A stretch of 20,000 bases of DNA from an uncultured virus (IMG/VR IMGVR_UViG_3300033175_000002) (lineage: Duplodnaviria; Heunggongvirae; Uroviricota; Caudoviricetes): IMG/VR virus record IMGVR_UViG_3300033175_000002. One strand, 5' to 3'. The stretch's first letter is position 1; every line of letters begins with the position of its first letter. The translations under genes were made by a program, and so were the position numbers. Below the pieces are notes generated by a model that saw only the letters and a list, made by a program, of their open reading frames with translations, was not told the DNA's origin and did not search any database. This document shows, piece after piece, positions 15,650-20,000 of this stretch.

Positions 15650-17692
15650 TTGACTGAGCTGTCCGGGCCGTGGGGAAAAGTGACTCCCGAGGAGATCGAA
15701 CGGTTCTTGTCGACCCGGTACCGGGACCGGATCCTGGAGCTGGCAGAACGGGGTCCCGACCGGTTCAGCCTGGTCGTTTCGTTCCGGGACGTGGCCCGGT
15801 TCAGCGTAGACCTGGCCGAGGGGCTGCTCGATCAGCCCACCGAGGTCATCGAGCTGTTCGAGGAGGTCTTGAGGTCGGCAGATCTACCGCTAGACGTCGA
15901 CCTGTCCCAGTTCAGGGTTCTCGTCTCGGATCTGCCCGATTCCCAGAGGGTGACGGTCAACGACCTCCGGTCCGAGCATATCGGCCGGCTGATCGAGATC
16001 GTGGGTCTCGTCCGCACCGCTACCGAGGTCCGGCCCCGGATCGTCAACTCGGTGTTCGAGTGCCAGCGATGCGGCCACATATTCTCGATCTTCCAGAATC
16101 AGTCGAAGTTTCGGGAGCCGTACTCCTGTCCGAACCAGGCTTGCGATCGGAAGGGCCCGTTCCGGCTGATTCTCGCGAGGAGCAAGTACGTCGATGCCCA
16201 GAACATCCGAGTCCAGGCCCTATACGAGGAGCTGGACGGGGGCGAGATCCCCCAGACCCTCGACGTCCAGGTCGAACGCGACCTGACGGCCAAGGTCTTC
16301 CCCGGCGACGTCGTCGAGTTCGCCGGGGTGCTGAGGTCGTACCAGAGGTCGACCCAGGTCGGGAAGAGCTCCTACTTCGACCTGTTCCTCGACTGCCGGG
16401 GGCTGAGGGTCCGGAACAAGGACCTCCTCGACACGGAGCTCACTCCCGAGGACGAGGACGAGATCCGACGGTTGGCGCGATCCCCGGACGCCCTCGGCCA
16501 GGTATCGAGCTCCTTAGTCCCGTACATCCACGGGCACGACCCGATCAAACGCGCTATAGCCCTCCAGATCTTCAGCGCTCCGGAGGTTCGGCGGCCCGAT
16601 GGAACCACAGTCCGGGGGGACGTCCACATCCTCCTGTGCGGGGATCCTGGTGTCGCAAAAAGTCAGATTCTCCGGAGGGCCGCAAAGCTGTCTCCCCGGA
16701 GCGTGTACACCTCCGGCAAGTCGGCCAGCGGGGTCGGGCTGACTGCCGCCGCCGTGAAGGACGACTCGGGCCGGTGGACGGTGGAGGGAGGAGCCCTCGT
16801 CCTGGCCGACGGCGGGTTCGCCTGCATCGATGAGCTGGACAAGATCGGCAAGGACGACCTGGGCTCGATTCATGAAGCCCTCGAACACCAGACGATCTCG
16901 TTCATGAAGGCGGGGATCAATGCGGTCCTACGGTGCAGGTCGCCGGTCCTAGCGGCGTGTAACCCGGTCGGTGAGAGGTTCGACCTCATGGAGCCCATAT
17001 CAGCTCAGCTCGGGGTCCCGGCGGCGCTGCTGACCCGGTTCGACCTCGTCTACGCTCTGATCGACGACCCCGACCCGGACCGGTCCCGCCAGATGGTCGA
17101 CCACATCTTGGCGTCGTACGTGGCGGAGGCGGACCCGCCAGTCCCGATCACCACAATCAAAAAGTGGATATCTCTTTCGAAACGAGAAATCCAAGAGGTC
17201 GAGATCGACGAAGAGGCCGGCGAACTCCTGAAGGCGTTCTTCGTCGAGTTGCGGAAGGCTGCCCGGGACACCAGGTCGAACTCCCTCCCGATCACAGTCC
17301 GGCAGTTCGAGGCGCTGATGAGGCTGACGAAGAGCTCGGCTCGGCTCCGGCTGAGCCCCGTCGCTTCGTCGACCGATGCCACAATAGCGATCGACCTCAT
17401 GAGGACGTCCATGGATCAGGTCGGGATCGATCCGGCCACGGGCGAGTACGACGCGCTCGTGATCGAAACCGGCATCCCGAAATCGGATCATGCTCGGATG
17501 AAAGCCCTCCGGAACGTCATAACAGACTGGTATAAGCGGAACGACTGCTGGCCGACCCTGGAACAGATCCAGGCCGACGCTGAAACCGTGGCGAAGATTC
17601 CCGCGGGGAAGACCGAGACCCTCCTCGAAAAGATGAGGATGGTCGGCGACATCGTCTGTCCCGAGCTGGGTCGGTACAAACCGGTCGGCTGA
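15650..17692 (+). CDS. mcm: MCM replicative helicase, 680 aa
   Basis: Zn finger CQRC...CPNQAC, Walker A GDPGVAKSQ, GLTAA, Walker B IDELDK, arginine finger LLTRFDL, ITVRQFEAL.RL, and C-terminal winged helix. No intein seen. Confidence 0.97.
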   Translation: MTELSGPWGKVTPEEIERFLSTRYRDRILELAERGPDRFSLVVSFRDVARFSVDLAEGLLDQPTEVIELFEEVLRSADLPLDVDLSQFRVLVSDLPDSQRVTVNDLRSEHIGRLIEIVGLVRTATEVRPRIVNSVFECQRCGHIFSIFQNQSKFREPYSCPNQACDRKGPFRLILARSKYVDAQNIRVQALYEELDGGEIPQTLDVQVERDLTAKVFPGDVVEFAGVLRSYQRSTQVGKSSYFDLFLDCRGLRVRNKDLLDTELTPEDEDEIRRLARSPDALGQVSSSLVPYIHGHDPIKRAIALQIFSAPEVRRPDGTTVRGDVHILLCGDPGVAKSQILRRAAKLSPRSVYTSGKSASGVGLTAAAVKDDSGRWTVEGGALVLADGGFACIDELDKIGKDDLGSIHEALEHQTISFMKAGINAVLRCRSPVLAACNPVGERFDLMEPISAQLGVPAALLTRFDLVYALIDDPDPDRSRQMVDHILASYVAEADPPVPITTIKKWISLSKREIQEVEIDEEAGELLKAFFVELRKAARDTRSNSLPITVRQFEALMRLTKSSARLRLSPVASSTDATIAIDLMRTSMDQVGIDPATGEYDALVIETGIPKSDHARMKALRNVITDWYKRNDCWPTLEQIQADAETVAKIPAGKTETLLEKMRMVGDIVCPELGRYKPVG

Positions 17693-17730
17693 CCCCACCA
17701 TATCGTGCGAGATAACGGAGTGTCCCACAG

Positions 17731-18027
17731 ATGAATGTAGTACTGTTCACCACGCCCACGTGCAACCGCTGTCCGGCGGTGGCTGCATCCCTGACCTCAG
17801 CCGGAGTACCGTTCTCGAAGGTAGACCTCTCGACACCTGCGGGTCTGGCCGAGCTCCGAGTCCTGGGCTGTTTCGAGCTGGCGGCCCCCATCCTGGGGGT
17901 CTCGGCTGATGGGGAGAAGTGGGTCTTCTACGGCCCGGCTGACCTGCTTGACGGGGACCGGGTTTTTCCACTGGATCGGATTGATCCGAGGCTGGCCCCT
18001 CTCGACACACCTGAGGTGGGCGAGTGA
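17731..18027 (+). CDS. Glutaredoxin/NrdH-like redoxin, 98 aa
   Basis: LFTTPTCNRC active site, VDLSTPAGLAELR and cis-Pro motif AAPIL. Confidence 0.85.
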   Translation: MNVVLFTTPTCNRCPAVAASLTSAGVPFSKVDLSTPAGLAELRVLGCFELAAPILGVSADGEKWVFYGPADLLDGDRVFPLDRIDPRLAPLDTPEVGE

Positions 18028-18443
18028 CCCCTCATCTGCTGAGCGTTGGCCGGACCCGAACCCTTGATCCGGTCGACTACGAGCTGGTGGGGACGGTCAC
18101 CATGGCTACCCTGATCGCCTGGCTCGTCGTATTCGCTGTCCCCGTCCTGGCTCGCCCCGGCCCCCTTGACTCGGCAACCTACTTTGTGATGGTGGCTTTG
18201 CTGGGGGTGGGGCTCGGGCTGGCCGGGTTCTATTCGTTCCTCGTCGACCATCTTCGCCCTGAGACGATGGCGATCATCCGGCGGGGGCTGTACTGTTGTT
18301 CGATCGCGACCGCAGCCTCGGTCGCCTTATATTTGGGGTGGTCTGCTGAGACGTCCAGACTTTTTGCCACGTTCGGTTTCTGGGCGTCGGCATACCTCGC
18401 TGGCATCGATCTGAGTAACAAGTTTGAGTTAGTTCGACATTAG
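18024..18443 (+). CDS. Integral membrane protein with about 4 TM helices, 139 aa
   Basis: GAGGTGG RBS and GTGA overlap with the glutaredoxin stop; four hydrophobic segments. Confidence 0.7.
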   Translation: MTPHLLSVGRTRTLDPVDYELVGTVTMATLIAWLVVFAVPVLARPGPLDSATYFVMVALLGVGLGLAGFYSFLVDHLRPETMAIIRRGLYCCSIATAASVALYLGWSAETSRLFATFGFWASAYLAGIDLSNKFELVRH

Positions 18444-18455
18444 GAGTGTCCCATA

Positions 18456-19208
18456 ATGGAGTTTGTAGCATACGCTGGGCAGTTCAAGAAGTACGTACAG
18501 GCTGTAGCGAAAATTTCCGATGAGGCTCGCCAGACCGTGACCACCGACGGCATCGTCTGTTCCGCGGTGGACATGGCTTGCGCCTGCATGGTGCAGGCCC
18601 AGATGGATTCCGACATCGTCGACTTCAGTGACGAGCCCGGCACCGAGGTCGGTCTCGACATGACCGTTCTTTCGAGCATCTGCAAGACGGTGACGGGATC
18701 GGCTGAGGTAGGCTGGACCCAACCCAACGGCCAGATCCATATCAGGTCGGGCCGGAGCGTCCACGTCATGAGTCCGCTCCCTCTGGCCTCGCTCCGACCG
18801 ATTCCGGTCCCCCAGGGGGGGTCCGCTCAGGTGAAGGTCGCAATATCAGGAGCCTCACTTCGGGAGGCCGTGCTCTCGGTAAAACCCATATCCGATGCGC
18901 TCCGGTTCGTAGCGACCCCCACCGGCGTCGTCCTGTCCGGTGTCGGGGACGGTCGGGAGTACTCGCTCGAAATCCCGAAATCCGACATCATCGCGATCCA
19001 TTCGATCCCGGTCGAGGGCGAAGCCAAGACGCTGATCGGTCTAGGGTACCTCGCGTCAGAGATCCCTCTCTACAAGTCGGCGGACATGGTCGTCCTGAGC
19101 TGGTCCCACAACCGCCCTCTCCGGGTCGAGTGGGGAATCGAACCCGGGCTCGATGCCGAGATGCTGATCGCTCCGATCATGGAGCTGACCGACTCGGTGG
19201 GTCAGTAG
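18456..19208 (+). CDS. pcn: PCNA-like DNA sliding clamp (divergent), 250 aa
   Basis: PCNA length. N-terminal FKKYVQAVAKISDEA...DGI...AVD.A...MV, GLDMTVL, and C-terminal RPLRVEW......MLIAP. Confidence 0.85.
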   Translation: MEFVAYAGQFKKYVQAVAKISDEARQTVTTDGIVCSAVDMACACMVQAQMDSDIVDFSDEPGTEVGLDMTVLSSICKTVTGSAEVGWTQPNGQIHIRSGRSVHVMSPLPLASLRPIPVPQGGSAQVKVAISGASLREAVLSVKPISDALRFVATPTGVVLSGVGDGREYSLEIPKSDIIAIHSIPVEGEAKTLIGLGYLASEIPLYKSADMVVLSWSHNRPLRVEWGIEPGLDAEMLIAPIMELTDSVGQ

Positions 19209-19610
19209 ATGGCAGCGACGACCGCAAAAAGTCAGAAGGCGAAGGGGAGGTCCCTCCAAAAATGGGTCCGGGCCCGGCTCATCGACCGGCTGGGGCTTGA
19301 TCCCGAGGACGTCCTGAGCACACCGATGGGGGTCGCTGGCTGCGACCTGTACCTCTCCCCAGCGGCACAGAAGAGGTTCCCGTTCGGGGTCGAGTGCAAG
19401 AACACGGAGCGTCTGGCGATCTGGGAGGACCTGGCCCAGGCCGAGACGAACGCGGCGGAGGTCGGGCTGACCCCCCTCCTCGTCTTCAAACGGGCCCGGT
19501 CGGAGACGTACGTCACGATGAGGTGGTCCGACTTCGAGGAGCTCATTAGATCCGGATCTGCGGACCGAACGACCGATCCGGTCGCAGAACCCGTCCCAGA
19601 ACCGGTCTAA
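19209..19610 (+). CDS. Holliday junction resolvase-like PD-(D/E)xK nuclease, 133 aa
   Basis: KAKGR..Q..V, G.D catalytic Asp, VECKN, QAE.NA and PLLVFKR motifs of viral Hjc-like resolvases. Confidence 0.8.
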   Translation: MAATTAKSQKAKGRSLQKWVRARLIDRLGLDPEDVLSTPMGVAGCDLYLSPAAQKRFPFGVECKNTERLAIWEDLAQAETNAAEVGLTPLLVFKRARSETYVTMRWSDFEELIRSGSADRTTDPVAEPVPEPV

Positions 19611-19632
19611 CCCTCCATTCTTGCTCTTTTTT
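19611..19632 (+). terminator. Putative archaeal pyrimidine/oligo-T terminator
   Basis: CCCTCCATTCTTGCTCTTTTTT directly after the resolvase stop. Confidence 0.55.
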
Positions 19633-19696
19633 GCGCAATGCTGGCGGATCTGGTCCGGACCCGTTCCGTGCTTCGAAATATCATGTCAGATAATCT

Positions 19697-19712
19697 CAAA
19701 AATCTATAAATA
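19697..19712 (+). promoter_or_regulatory. Putative archaeal promoter
   Basis: CAAAAAT-CTATAAATA in an AT-rich gap, predicting a start near 19730. Confidence 0.45.
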
Positions 19713-19888
19713 GAATGAACTGAATAGTAAGGGGCTGAGGAGTTGAACCAGCCACGCAGCCTGCTGAGGGACACGGCGGGCGCCTCGCACGATCCAAACC
19801 GCTATCAAGCGGTTCAACTTCGTGGCAGCCCGGAGTCCCCATCCTTTAGGGTGGGGAGGAGGGCGTACCTAATTCTCTGCCCCACCGA

Positions 19889-19904
19889 CCGAAACATTTT
19901 TAAG
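19889..19904 (+). promoter_or_regulatory. BRE/TATA promoter for tnpB (probably leaderless mRNA)
   Basis: CCGAAACA-TTTTTAAG; the TATA element starts 30 bp before ATG 19927. Confidence 0.6.
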
Positions 19905-19926
19905 GCTGAAAGTCAATATTGATCTG

Positions 19927-20000
19927 ATGGTAGATCAGGTATTAACCGTTCGGTGCAAACTCGCCCCCTCGGATTCGCAGGTCGAATCTATCGAGGAGAC
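19927..20000 (+). CDS. tnpB: TnpB RNA-guided nuclease, N-terminus (3' truncated)
   Basis: MVDQVLTVRCKLAPSDSQVESIEE resembles the QVLT..CKL.P...Q...I..T start of TnpB proteins and follows an IS605-type hairpin. Only 24 codons are visible. Confidence 0.72.
   Translation, partial: MVDQVLTVRCKLAPSDSQVESIEE

Larger units (their letters stand above)
1..19817 (+). mobile_element. Segment of an archaeal tailed virus/provirus (Caudoviricetes, contractile tail): tail-baseplate module followed by replication module
   Basis: Co-oriented, tightly packed genes in canonical order (tube, chaperone, tape measure, GpU-like, hub, spike, gp25-like, baseplate J), followed by MCM, PCNA and resolvase. No att site or integrase is visible, so free virus versus provirus cannot be decided. 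Confidence 0.88.
19818..20000 (+). mobile_element. IS200/IS605-family element (tnpB directly after the left end), left end, truncated by window
   Basis: Subterminal hairpin CCCCATCC-TTTA-GGGTGGGG (19837-19856) in the typical GAGTCCCC...GGGGAGGA context, with candidate target TCAA at 19814-19817 and a tnpB start downstream. Confidence 0.75.

Noticed and set aside
15670..16833. 387-aa alternative-frame ORF inside mcm
   Set aside because: Arg/Pro/Gly-rich off-frame product typical of high-GC DNA.
17026..17046. MCM arginine finger TRF instead of SRF as a sign of inactivation
   Set aside because: The catalytic Arg and Walker A/B motifs are intact; this is a conservative substitution.
234..19208. 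Genome-wide amber (TAG) recoding
   Set aside because: TAG terminates several genes at their expected family ends (tube, spike, baseplate J, PCNA), and conserved genes have no internal TAG.
19731..19832. tRNA gene or tRNA-derived att site (GGTTCAACT resembles a T-loop, GGGCTG/CAGCCC an acceptor stem)
   Set aside because: No convincing D or anticodon arm, mismatched T stem on both strands and no CCA; kept only as a generic structured element.

Overview
This GC-rich window has all genuine genes on the + strand and reads as part of an archaeal tailed virus or provirus with a contractile (myovirus-type) tail. Region 1-9372 is the tail/baseplate module: end of a probable tail tube gene, a tail assembly chaperone with a -1 slippery site (T TTT TTC, 714-720) giving a G/GT pair, tape measure, GpU-like tube initiator, hub, a Cys-rich spike, a gp25-like wedge protein and baseplate J. 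Region 9387-11310 holds one soluble unknown and three membrane-anchored proteins where tail fibre or lysis genes would be expected. After a ~410 bp non-coding gap comes an early/replication module: SWIM zinc finger, double winged-helix protein, tandem Sm/Hfq-like protein, coiled-coil/wHTH protein, an AT-rich microsatellite and palindrome region (candidate origin), MCM helicase, glutaredoxin, a 4-TM protein, PCNA and a Holliday-junction resolvase. The window ends in the left end of an IS200/IS605-family element with the start of tnpB. MCM, PCNA, BRE/TATA promoters and GGTGA/GGAGG ribosome sites indicate an archaeal host. A Methanotrichales/Methanosarcinales-type methanogen is my inference, based mainly on the glutaredoxin style. 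All protein calls come from motif recognition and gene order, not from database searches.
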